Below the pieces are notes generated by a model that searched no databases, was not told the origin of the DNA, and saw only the letters and a list, made by a program, of their open reading frames with translations. A stretch of DNA of 64,000 nt from assembly GCF_964355755.1 (NCBI RefSeq), contig NC_092672.1:1116001-1180000 (forward strand), written 5' to 3'. The stretch is from Antedon mediterranea (Eukaryota; Animalia; Echinodermata). Below are positions 12,901 through 25,300 of the stretch, in pieces. Position 1 is the first letter of the stretch; each line of letters opens with the position of its first letter. A program made the position numbers and the translations under genes.

Positions 12901-12957
12901 TTGATCCACTCCAGCTACCATCCCAAGAACGAAACCAAAAATTAAGTTATTGTACAT
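9904..12957 (-). CDS. Intronless family-B (adhesion/Methuselah-like) GPCR with N-terminal somatomedin-B domain, 1017 aa
   Basis: Signal-like N-terminus; SMB motif CANRC..CFCDPLCRIYGDCCVDYDIIC; two NxxCAxC cysteine motifs; 7TM region with LRTLPGK, LLHYLFLSSSLW, YAWGMP, CWI, MGFAWVFG and NGLQGLFIYVSF. Confidence 0.92.
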   Translation of the reverse strand: MYNNLIFGFVLGMVAGVDQVIDDILHCEPITSCANRCNTDKVTKQYYDSTVGGFVLPSYTCFCDPLCRIYGDCCVDYDIICGTTGDKVKEMQTHVSQTNDNLQEKLEIVDSQTNLAGILAGGRQSMFECITIKEYPHRPFWSTSQCHNSWANTMVSKMCANVTDADLLSRLPVHSDDGLTYRNVFCAQCSGRLNVTFWRTDARCRKAPPVNATIDPDVLAHYLKEDCVTFFTTERESPPRYCLKVESTCDHSTKDKTKNVTKASRACLEGYQFPIIGRKLQGDSSTIFKNSYCAECNGADILREYCPNSRNKTLIDENKEFLTDKLDYAYSVITNFNTRERDHLVIVHRTSGNVVPVEIHCPDGKVYDPYSESCRTIYCGASYTLVGDECVEKQEEVIKCSDVPSCNQPSLDFPTGNTAATNITEVTFRLTIVVKFEVSFQGNNIQLEDFTNLQLLKDDFDVSIQNLTIGNDQFHFKNSSGINSTFEITKTNVTVSGTAIVHVTQTAARQEGLSFAVMPVLNSLAHSVDIYDVTIYVDSTQVELPTVQQNNIDDFNSFLSACQNGVIRVYCANDVTYMARNDCVSVFVNSTGTQYSCSESYIYKTDNVTETNYTVFVCDYMYAMEESCRRVRYNESEYTVSDDGSVHMIDGSIYEKGDYIKVENSQIEVCTNLQNVQNVYYVMFFDFNEIQKYIAFICISMSIVGLFLTILTYSMFNELRTLPGKCIIALASTTLASQLVFLIGINNIENTLICTTVAILLHYLFLSSSLWTNVMAFDVYKTFGKKLVSKRDSKSRSTFRKYCLYAWGMPLCILLVCVMLYFSKLGLMGYGTHFSCWISKAVGFLVAFLVPLMLILLVNFTLFIRTVYAMRKNSRSIYLKRDSRVAIPSERNELTVFIKMSTVMGFAWVFGCVAAFTDTDVLWYFFIVFNGLQGLFIYVSFACNARIRKLIESKYVLCRKPNKKSKNSKPRTSLTISVQSSTISKQLCETEIIEIDDFEKSIELDFDQQISDMITYC

Positions 12958-13767
12958 CTTTGCAGAATTGGTTCAGTCCGCAATACATTACAAACTTACA
13001 CTGGTAGTTGCTTCAGAGTTTAATATGTTTGGTTGGCAGGAGTTAACAGTATGTCAATGTATGTGCCTTTTTTCTTTGCAGGCAGGTGTTGTTTGATTCA
13101 AATTATCTTATTTAAAACAATAGACCTGCAGCCAAATTAGATAACGATTTAGATAAACTCACAATGCCAACACTCCTTTTCAAGATATTGCGATATTTAT
13201 CATAAAGTAGGCCTGGAGACATAGAACTGCGTGTTATAACCATTGTTTACTTTAATAAGAGAAAAAAAAAAACATATTCCAATATGATGGAACGATTTAA
13301 CAATTGATAACTGACCCAATTGCTTTCTGCAGGCCGATTGCCAACATTATGAAAGTTAATAATTAGGTGCCTGGTGCTAAAATTATGAACCTGGTGGTCG
13401 TCGCGTATGTGGTATAACCAATGATTTGCTATTAGTTATCTTACTGTCGAGGTGTTAAATATTTGTAAATAAAATATTACTATCCTTATAAAAATTACAA
13501 TGAATAATAGTAACGTTATTAAAACGCCATTATCTGAATTTAATTGCAGACAATTAAGTGTTGACAGCAGACAGCGTGTACAAACGACGCGCGCGTACAC
13601 ATCTAGAGAGCAAACACTCAAACTGGTTTGTATCATCTCAAGTGCAGAACAAATAGATAACAGACAAACTAGATTTAAATTTGGAATTATAATTCGTTTC
13701 TTTTTATTCGCTATGTGAATTATATCGTATGTTAGGTTTCTAGTGCATTGTCCTTTGTTTTAATTAA

Positions 13768-13916
13768 TTTCAGGTCTTTGTCCCCAGGTCAGTCATTCTC
13801 AGGTCTTTGTCCCCAGGTCAGTCATTCTCAGGTCTTTGTCCCCAGGTCAGTCATTCTCAGGTCTTTGTCCCCAGGTCAGTCATTCTCAGGTCTTTGTCCC
13901 CAGGTAAGTCATTCTC
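13768..13916. repeat. 29-bp minisatellite (CAGGTCTTTGTCCCCAGGTCAGTCATTCT) x5
   Basis: Directly visible, near-perfect units. Confidence 0.9.
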
Positions 13917-14691
13917 TTTTTGATCAATAATATTTAATCCAAATATGAGTTGTTGTTCAGTATTGATGATAATGAAATGTTTGGTTATTTGAGTCATTAA
14001 ACAAACATGGTGGACGTATAAAAAAATGACATCAACTAGTAGAATGTCTCGGACTGATGAACGATGAATATTTTGGCTGAAGCTTACCTAGGACGTAACA
14101 ACGAAAGTAATTTGACCAATCACAATCAATAAACTACACGAACTGTCCTTTGTGATTGGTTAATGTGTCAAAACAATCAAGATCACCTTGGTTAAGTTAT
14201 GCGTTGCCTTGTGCGTACGTATGCTCTTGTGCTGCGTTGACTTTAGGCATGACGTAATCACATGTATGTAAACTTACTGTTAAAACTTAGTCAAGTAAAG
14301 TACATAGAATCAAAAACAAACAATGATTATTTAATAGTTTTGGAGATATTCGATTGCTTATCCATTTTATTTAAAATGCTGGTGAAAATTCTATGCATAT
14401 AAAAAAACGTCATGCTAGTACTATAAAATAGTAATAGATGGCAAAACTTTATTTGTGTGATTTTAAGATTTTAAATCCAAGTTTTCGCTTTCACAAAAAA
14501 TATATTCATTCAAAATATTTCAATGTTTTTGATCTCCTAAAAATATATTCTATTTGTTTATCTCTCGTTCACACTTCCAAAAATGTATTCTATTTTGTGC
14601 AACACACACTACTAATACAATGTAAAGCTTGGTTCCCACTAGGATGCAACGCAAAACTGCTTTACAATTGGAAATTATTCAAATGGAACTT

Positions 14692-14835
14692 AGACATTAT
14701 TATCAAAATGTGGGTAAGGGTGACATTATTATCAAATGTGACAATGGGTAAGGGTGACATTATTATCAAATGTGACAATGGGTAAGGGCGACAACATTAT
14801 CAAATGTGACAATATGTAAGGGTGAAATTATTTAA
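14692..14835. repeat. About 34-bp tandem repeat (GACATTATTATCAAATGTGACAATGGGTAAGGGT) x4
   Basis: Directly visible. Confidence 0.75.
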
Positions 14836-15506
14836 CAAAATGTCGTCTGTCATATGCAATTAAACCAGGGTTGTAAAGTTGCAAATAAAATTTAAATGCA
14901 CCACATTATCACATTAAAAATGTTGAACAATATTATTATAGTAAAAAAACATGATTTTACCCTGAGAGTTGATGTGTGTTTACAGAATACAATACATTGT
15001 ATTATGAGCGGCACTAAATAATTTGGCATTTTCTATAGGAATATTTGTTACAAGTTACTGTGTACATTTCCACTAATAATGTATACAATGGAATATTACA
15101 TATTATAAATTAATTAGCTTAAACTTTATTTTGGCAATAATCTATTGAGTTATAATAACAACGCAACTTAATATTTTGGCAAAGATAGTAAAGCACACTT
15201 TTTTCTGATATAGCACAGAATTGACGATCTGCAAATGAATATTATGCTGCCATTTACAATATTGGAACGCAAATTTCAAAAGATTCCTCTCAACGGAATG
15301 TTGATGCTAGAATGTTACATGGAAAATTAAATAAACTTTTTGTCTTCTAGACTTAATGAAATACTTAATGAAATACTTAATGAAATACTTATTCATTGAA
15401 GCCATACAATGTGTGTACATCGTTCAAACCATGTCTACTGCCCTCTATACAAGACCGCGTCACTTCAATGAACAAATCAAATTGATCTATCAATACAATA
15501 GTATAA

Positions 15507-15645
15507 AGCTCCATTGTCTACACTATCAAACTACAAACAAAAAGTGTTATGTGCCCAAATATGGTAGTGGTATGACATCATCATGTCCATATATGGGCAC
15601 ATCACATTTATTTGTCACATCAAGTTTGATAGTGTGGACAGAGCT
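15507..15645. mobile_element. MITE family B (AGCTC..TCTACACTATCAAACT termini; GTGCCCAAATATGG core)
   Basis: Inverted ends tctacactatcaaact / agtttgatagtgtggacagagct flanked by TAA/TTA. Related copies at about 15870-15975, 16665-17051, 36065-36207, 36547-36622, 39931-40035, 46975-47145, 58784-58885 and 59175-59250. Confidence 0.8.
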
Positions 15646-16365
15646 TTAGTGGTTTAACGCATAAATAAAGCAATCCATAACAAATACAGTATGTTTAAAT
15701 AAATATGATGTAGAGACCAGCTTTACATCTTAAGAGTTTCTATCAACCACATAGCATTCATCTTAATAAATATACAACAAGTTTGGAATGTCTATTGTGG
15801 ATTAAGTGCATAGACTTCTATTAAATTCTGTCTACACCAGGGAGTTGTTATTAGACTCCCAACCCCCTGGTCTACACTATCAAAGTGTATTGACAAAAAA
15901 GTGTGATGTGCCCATATATGGTAGGGATATGCCCAAATATGGTAGTGATATGACATCATCATGTCCATATATAGCCATGTGTTTTAATAGCTGAGATGAA
16001 TATAAATCAACTGCTATTAAATGTCTTATTGTAGCAAAATGCTGATTTTATCAAAACAAGTAATCCGTCGTTTCTTGTTTTTTTTCTCTATAAAAGTTCA
16101 ACCAACAGCAAACGACAGTGTCAATTTATCATACAAGATTTGCATCAAATGAATTCAAAACCACAGTTGATGCAAATTTTTCACAGACTGAAAATTCAGT
16201 ATACTTTTTCAATCAGTTGGAAAGTGTGAATCAGAGTGAACATTCATAAATAATACAGAGTTGACAGTTCAGGATAGAAAACTATTGGAACATAGTCATA
16301 TAATCCAATCAGTAATTTATGCAATTTTTCTATAAAATTCTTCCTGTGTAATGAGTTTGCCTTTA

Positions 16366-19300
16366 TTATTCCTCAGCCAAGGATCTGAAATCTGTTAAAC
16401 TCATGTATTCTGGATCTTCGGTTTTTCCATCGTCATCTGCGGAATCAAACCCTGGATTGGTTCTTGCCAACACCAGCAGACAAGGAAGTTGATCTTGATG
16501 AATGGAGTAGTGATGAATCAGCCGAGGAAGATCTTCAAAATCTTTACCAAAACCCTGAAAAAAAAAATAGAAAATATTAAAACAATGCTTCATATGATTC
16601 GCACTTTACTTACTTACTATATCCTTATGGCTACAGGTGGAAGTATCAATGGTAAAAAATATCAACACTCTCAAACTTAATATGAGAAAAACATGTGATG
16701 TGCCCATAATAGTATGGACATGATGATGTCATATCATTACCATATTTGGGCACATCAATACCATATTTGGGCACATCACTACCATATTTGGGCACATCAC
16801 TACCATATTTGGGCACATCACTACCATATTTGGGCACATCACTACCATATTTGGGCACATCACTACCATATTTGGGCACATCACTACCATATTTGGGCAC
16901 ATCACTACCATATTTGGGCACATCACTACCATATTTGGGCACATCACTACCATATTTGGGCACATCACTACCATATTTGGGCACATCACTACCATATTTG
17001 GGCACATCACTACCATATTTGTCAAACTAGTTTGATAGTGTAGATAGAGCAAATGTAATAAAAAAGCAGAAATGCAAAAAAAAAAAAAAATATACTGTAC
17101 AGTATATTGTAGTGAGTTTACCTTGATGGTATAGCCTCCGTTCTTTGTCTTAACAATCAAATAGTTAGCCAGGCCACTCTTGTTAAAGGTCGTCTGAACT
17201 CTGATAGACAGTGCAAAACATCCTGGATGACTCTTACTTTCACGTACCATAAACGCACCTATGTTTTCTTGTGACAAAATATCTACAGCAATTTCCCTTG
17301 AACAAAAAAATTTCTGTTACTTATTTTATAAAATCAAAAAAAAAAAATATATAAGATACGATATCATAAAAAAATCAGGCAAAGAACATTAATTCTAAAC
17401 CACCCGGTGATAAATTGAAATTTAATTAATTAATTTGAAACGATAAAGATGAGGAAATCTGTGAGAATTCTAAAATTTCAGAATAAAATTATACAATAAA
17501 TTAAATCTATGGTATTCTAAATAATACATGTAAAAAATAACTTACTTAGGGATACCAGTCCTAAACCATGGAGCTTTACTTACTTAGGGATACCAGTCCT
17601 AAACCATGGAGCTTTACTTACTTAGGGATACCAGTCCTAAACCATGGAGCTTTACTTACTTAGGGATACCAGTCCTAAACCATGGAGCTTTACTTACTTA
17701 GGGATACCAGTCCTAAACCATGGAGCTTTACTTACTTAGGGATACCAGTCCTAAACCATGGAGCTTTACTTACTTAGGGATACCAGTCCTAAACCATGGA
17801 GCTTTACTTACTTAGGGATACCAGTTCTAAACCATGGAGCTTTTGCTAGTTCACCAGCAAACTTATTGCTGATATTTGAAGGAGGGTGTATCCTGATGAT
17901 GAAAAAAGAAAGAATTATAATATTTGTAATATTATAAACATGATAATGAATTAGAAGGACATATGATAAATGAATTGTACCTTTTAATCTAACTTGTTTC
18001 CAAAAATGTTCATTTTAATAATAATAACTCATTTTTATAGCGCCAATAATCATTCTGACACCGTTCTACATTACGCTGGGTACAGCAGAGATGACAACAC
18101 TCATTTTAATAAAAAGATTCTTTAAACATTTGGCTTTTTAGATGGGACACCGTACTATATCACTTGGACGTTTGTTCTTTATTATATATTTATAGTGTTA
18201 TTTCATGTAATTGATAAAATCATAGTTAGTATTACCTTGGAGGTCTAGGTGGCACAACAGCAGTTTTTTTTTCATCTCTATATTTTCCGACCTCGACCTC
18301 GACCTTATGACCTATGTGACCCGGTGCTCGAACAGCCTTCCTGTTTGCTGGTTTTGGTGACCTCACTGCTTGGTTGTCATGAACTCCGTTCCCGGACATT
18401 GTACTGGAAGTTGTAGCGCTTGAAGTTGTACTTGAGCTACTTGACATGGAGTCAGATTTTAGGAATTTCGTTCTTGGAGCTGGAATTGGCTTTATGCGAC
18501 CTGAACTCCTTTCATTTGAACTTTCTTTGACCTTCTCCGTTTTAACATTATTTGATAAGTTCATAGTACTTAAAGCATTGTTTTTTGGGGGTCGTGGCGG
18601 TGGTGGCGCTTTCCTTCTCGGTATAGGCTTAGGTAAACTTTTAAAATCTTTTACATTTGATTTGTCTGATTGTCTTTCTGGTTTTAAAGCTGTCTTAAAG
18701 TTTCCATTTTTATCAGATTTGTTTTGGAATCTTCCAATTAAATTCCCAACACTTTTATTGTCACTGTCACTATCGTCTGATGACCTTGATGAAATATCAA
18801 TTTGACATTTAAGGGCTGCGCTGTGTTCCCGCTTTGGTGACCTTTGTTCCTTTGATGCCCTTTGACATTTAGGTTCAGATCCATACGATAGTTTTCCATT
18901 TTCAAACGATGGTGAATCTGACCTACTATAACGTAAAGTATCATCCAAGGAACATTCTCGTTCTAACATATCACGATAAACATCACGCGACCGCCTATTA
19001 ACCCGACTCGGTGAACCGTGCAAAAAAGCTCGCGCAACACGCATCAACTCCTCATAGTCCTCATCTCGTTCAACCTCTTGTTCGTCATCGAGTGTAAACG
19101 CAATATTTTGTTCCCCGCTTAAATACTCATGGTCGTCCATCTCGTCGGAACTTTCTCCGTAAGCAAACAACGGAGGAGCAGAAGCGTCCTGCAAAAGAAT
19201 TTTACCCCCTCTTTTAATTGACCTCTTATCGCGCAAGTCCGTTTCCCCAAGATTGCGTGGAGATTGTTCGTTCTGCAGTAAGATATGGCACCCAGAATTC

Positions 19301-22300
19301 ATAGATTCAGGATTCACAGAAAGAGCATCTTTTGAAGACACCGCACCATATAAACTCCACTCATTTTTTACGTCAACTTCGTAGTAGGGCGCTGGAGGAA
19401 GTGGCCGTACACGATTTGTTTGACGTGAAACCTAAGAACAAAGAAAGATATCTGTAAGTTAAACACATCCAAATGAATAGGATCGTAACCTACAATCTGT
19501 TAAATTGTGTGAGAAATGTCTGTTAAAACGTTCATAAAACTTTATTGAATATTTTATGGAAGGCTAGAACGGGAAAAGAGCCAAAAACACACAAAATAAT
19601 AACATAAACAGATAATATGTCTTAATGGAAAATGTGTTAAAAATATGTAAAATTAATTACATAACTTTTAAATCATACAAAAATCAAATCAAATTTCTAG
19701 GGATAGAAGTTATAGATAGAAAAATAATTACCATTTCTTGCTGAAAATCACAAGGCTCAACAGGTGGAGCAGTAGGGCTAACCTCCTCAGGATAACTAGG
19801 CAACGAATGTGACTGCTGATTGGCTGATTCTTGAGACTCCCTGTCCTGATTGGTTGGAAGAGACTGAGTGAATTGGGGGTCTGTCAAGTTGTCTGATGAG
19901 GTAGACTGCAAGTTTGGAAAAAGGGAAACCTCGGAGTCGTTACCCCAGGACAGAAGTTGGACGTTGTCAGGTAAATTTATGAACACAGATGAGTTATCAG
20001 GTGTTTTGGAGAATTTGGATTTCTTTGGTTTCTTCTGAAATGGAAAAATATTAACTTAGAAAACTCATAGCTCAAGAGTAATGAATGAAACATAATACAG
20101 CCCTCTTCCTATATACCAAACTGTACACATTAGTTGCATACATACATAATATAGTCCTCTTCCTATATACCAAATTGTACACTAAGTTGCATAAATACAT
20201 AATATAGTCCTCTTCCTATATACCAAACTGTACACATTAGTTGCATACATACATAATATAGTCCTCTTCCTATATACCAAACTGTACACATTAGTTGCAT
20301 ACATACATAATATAGCCCTCTTCCTATATACCAAACTGTACACATTAGTTGCATACATACATAATGTAGCCCTCTTCCTATATACCAAACTGTACACATT
20401 AGTTGCATACATACATAATGTAGCCCTCTTCCTATATACCAAACTGTACACATTAGTTGCATACATACATAATATAGTCCTCTTCCTATATACCAAATTG
20501 TACACTAAGTTGCATAAATACATAATATAGTCCTCTTCCTATATACCAAACTGTACACATTAGTTGCATACATACATAATGTAGCCCTCTTCCTATATAC
20601 CAAATTGTACACTAAGTTGCATACATACATAATAGTTGCAATAACATTCAACTACATTAATACTAGAATCTCTTTATAATCACAACATAACAATTTGCTG
20701 AAATAAATTCTGAAAATGAAAATGATATTTTGTTGCTGGTAACTATAACTATGACAAGTTGCGACTGTTTTTTTAAGCTCATTTAAAAATTCAAACCACA
20801 TTGTTTTAGATGTACAGTCCGAGTAGGCCTGGGTTAGACATTTTGTAATTTAAAAATGAATTGTATTAACAATGTATTTATGTGTTCGAATTTAGTCTAA
20901 AGGCCCATTCACAATAGGACGATAAATATATAAGCATGCATTTTTTTTAACATAAAACAAAAGAAATTAGAAAGGGTTTTGTTCTAGGACTATAGGATAA
21001 TCATTTATGCTGTCTTTGATAAAAATAATATTTTTAAAATTCCAATCAAATGACGTCATGATACATAAAAACAATAAAATCGTTGTATTGTCACAATATT
21101 ATTGCTCTTACTAATCATGACGTCATTTGATTGGACGTGTGAAAATATAATTTTCATCAACGGAAGCATAGATAGTTATTCTATAGTTCTAGAATGAAAA
21201 GGTTTTATATTCTTTTATTTTATGTATGAAAAATGCAAATGATTGTCTATTATCGTCGATCGTTATCGTCCTAGTGTGAATGGGCCTTAATTTAGCTGTA
21301 TGGGATTATACTCGAATATGGGATTATACAGGGGTCATATACAGTATACAGAACAATACTAACATTTGATTTTTTACAGTTAATAATTCATTGTATCTAC
21401 TGGTATCTAGTATAGAATTTAAGAAACTTAAATGAACAAATTATATATAATTTAGAAGAAAGTCAAGGCCACAAAGATAATAATGTTTGGTATTATTATG
21501 AGTCAAAGGATTGTGGGTCATATGGTTTGCATCAAACCACAATATTTATAATATTTAATCAGTACTTAAAATGAATTAGGAGAAATTACCACAAATATTG
21601 ACTTTTCTTCATATAAACAAAAACAAATATAGTTTTGATAAAAAAAATGGCTACCAACCAAATTGACCTAAAGAAAACTATGATGTAATTATTAAAAAAA
21701 GAAAAAAATGATATGGTTCGTTGACCTTTTGTTTAGGAACCATTGTCAACATTATTCTACTGCAGTTACTGCAGTATTACATTTTTTTATAACCTGGTTT
21801 ATGTAATTATTTATTACAACAGTAATTGTTTCATAAACATCTTCATATGTTATCGTAGTATTAAAAAATGTAGTTACTGCAGTAACTGCAGTCAAATAGT
21901 TTTGACATGATCCATCAAGAATGTTTCCAGGATGAATAATAATATAATATAATTTTTGTCATTTTTTATTTTTGTATCCAGATTCTATTTAGGGAGGCAT
22001 GATTACATGATTTCAAAAACATTTTCGCCAAACAGTTATACAAAACAACCTTATTGTTACACATTTTGAAAAATTGTGTAGCAAAAAATACAATACAAAA
22101 CTATGTTTCTTGACTTAAAAATCAGTTTGATTAGCAATATCAGTCGAGACGCAGAGTGCTCAAATGACCGTTAAATCGCTAATTTTCCCCTGCGCATGCG
22201 CCATTTTTATACCAGGAAGTAGAAATTGTTTACACTTACCGACGAACCGCGATGAATTTTTGCATGGAAGAGCCTTCAGAAATCCAGTAAAATTTCACCA

Positions 22301-25300
22301 ATCAGGAACCTAATTCACTTGCCAAATATGGTAAAGGCTTACCAAATATAGAAAGAATCTTCCCGCCGACATTTTTTCGTATAAAAGGACGGACATTTAA
22401 ATCGGCGTCCATTTTTCGAAATTGTAGCTGTCGAGGGCTCACGTGAGGTAAGTTTTGATTCTGGTTTGTTTTGGTTTGAAACAAACCAGCCGATTTTTTC
22501 TTCACAAGCCAAAATTAATAACATTCTAGTATGTGTTCAATACACATATAATACGTATTCTGAGAAAGATTTGGCTCTGTTCATTCATGAGAACTATTAA
22601 AATTTAGTGCAAGTTGAGCAGTCACTTTTTTCGGGCCGCCGCCATCTTTGTATGTATTCCTTAGCTATATTGCTAAACAAAATTTTTGAATGAAATTTTT
22701 CCCTGGATTTGATTTTAAAACTTAAGCCAGACACAAGAAGTGAAGTTGCTATAAATCAAATCACATATAATAATAATGGTTTCATACTTGAAGACAACCA
22801 TCTGTTTGTTACTAAGCAGACATAAAGGTCAATTTTGATTTTGTCAGATCTATAAATTGATGAGTTTGGGATGTTTTGGGAATTAGGAGAGATGCACACT
22901 AAGCAGGGTGTGTAAAGGTGTCATAATAATTTAAAAATTAATTATGAATATAGTTACTACAATTTTGCATCTGCCATCTCTAGTGAGGGCACTTCAGCTA
23001 TGATTTAAAAGGGTAACATTATCATGAGCAAGGCTAGTTAGACCTATTCTCCATAGGCCTATTTACACTTCTGGTCTCTAGTTCGAAAAGAGAACTTCAC
23101 AAAAAATAAGGGTTCCTTCGAATCGTACTTACAATTTGAATGTTGTCAGATTCTCTTCCAAACCCTCTAACCGCATCAGGTGCTAACAATGCTTGTTCTT
23201 TCAGTAAATCTTCAGGTTTCGTTTCGTTCTTTTTTCTCATACGTTCCTGAACTTTCTCATAAAATTCTTGTTCTTCCTTGTTTAATCCATCTACCAATTC
23301 AAAGAATTCTTTTTTTGTTGTCAATGTTGCATACGCAACCTTAAACGCTTTGCCCAGCACTGCGTTTAGCTCCTCAGCCTATAAAGAAATTGAAATTTAT
23401 GAGATATGAATTAATAAACTGCAATATGGAAGAATTCAGTGTTTATGAGTTTATATAATCCTTTGTAAGCTTTGATAAATTTGAGATAAACTGGTACAAT
23501 CTATAATCTAATGTAGATACATGTATTTGAATACAACATGTACTACAAATAATTGAGTTAAGTGTTATCACAGATATTATAGCTTAGACTTAAGTACCAT
23601 CGTAAGTACTTTTTCATAACTGTTGTAAACACATAAACACAACTGTGGCAGAATAGATACAGTAAGTGCTACTGTAAATGTAATAAGTAAATTCTTATAC
23701 TTGGGACCATACCATACTGCAGTTACTGCAGTAAACTACCTTTCTTTAACCTTTTATGTAATTATTTTAGCAAGCTTGTTTTGGTAATCATACAAACTGA
23801 CTTCATAAACAAACATAAATCATACATTATATTGCAGTAAACAATGTAGTACTGCAGTAACGGCAGTACAGTAGATTGAACATTTTGAAATTAAATATTT
23901 AATATTTTTGATAGTAGACCAACTTGGACTTATGCTAAATAAATTGTATAGATGTTGGTTCTATTATTGTTGGAATATTCCCATTTTAGTCTAATTACAA
24001 TTACTTCAGGAATTATGATTTTCTATGTCAAGAAAATAATAAACTTCTGGTTAAACTCATTCACAAAATTTACCTACAACTTAATGAAAAGAATTGGCAT
24101 AAAAAAAAGCCAGCAAAAACAATTGTTTCATGAAAATACAACAACAAACATTAGTAGTATTGGATATAACTGATACTTTGGGACTTAATTGAACACAACT
24201 TACATAAATACAGCAAACTGAATATTTAAAACTTCTCAAATATTAGAAACAACAGTGCAGTAACCAAACCATCTTAACCAGCAATATCCTATGCACGTTG
24301 TATTAAGAGCTTACTTAAGCAACTGTCTACTACCAGCTAGCTGGACTTTCTTCATATTGTGGTAACTCACAGTACAGTATTGTCCCTGGAACAGGATTGC
24401 GTTTGTACGACAGGAAGGAAAAAGGAAAATACTACAGTCTTAGTACTCGAAGATGTTTGCCAGGCTATAAGGCCGTTTCTGTAACCCTTTTATTCCTACT
24501 CCAGGAAAACTACAATACAAACAACTATACTATAATCTCTTTAAAGTTCCTACTTTAGACTCATTGGTAATGAGTAAGAGGTATCTAATTTGAGTCACTG
24601 GTGACTCTCCGCAAGCAATCTATGATTAATTTGAACTGTTTTATCATGTTTGCTTAAATCATAAGTTAACAACAGATGGTTCACATCATTTAAAACATAA
24701 ACAATGATAATTAATAATCAATGATATTCTGAAAGATCTACTGTCTGTGAGTCACTTACTCAAAAGTCTAAGGATAAGGCGTCATGTTTAACAACCCGTA
24801 TCATTCAGTAAAATCATTGTTATGCCGAAGATGCGACAATTTAAATTTAAGTAGGAACACTAAGATGGAACAGCTGTAATTAGAATTGAAGTAACTTTGT
24901 GTCTACAACATCAAACAAAAACAATATTTTCATTTGATGTAAAGTCAAGTCAACAATTTGCTTTGGAAACTACTTGAGACATGAATCAGAAGACAAACAT
25001 AGAGAAAATAGACTTTATCAAACACTACTGATTACCTATTATCAAGTCAATATACTACTACTACTACAGTATTATCAAGTGCTGAGGAAACATTGTTGAA
25101 ATAAGATCGATAACATCAGATAAACAAGTATTAATTAATATTCATTTTTTTAACAATATTATAAAGCTTATTTTTAAAATTTGAAATCATTGTTATGTCT
25201 TTGTTCATGATGAAGATCATTGACTCCCAATGCATTTTTAACCAGGATTATAAATAGGTACCTGGGATTGGTTGACTGTAATGTTACAATGAATGTGGAC

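Noticed and set aside
16646-17043. Repetitive ORFs (PKYGSDV, HYHIWAH, TSLPYLG)
   Set aside because: Artefacts of the 21-bp array inside a MITE within an intron.
20163-20523. 18-aa periodic ORFs
   Set aside because: Translation of the 54-bp minisatellite; not part of the phase-consistent SH2D5 model.
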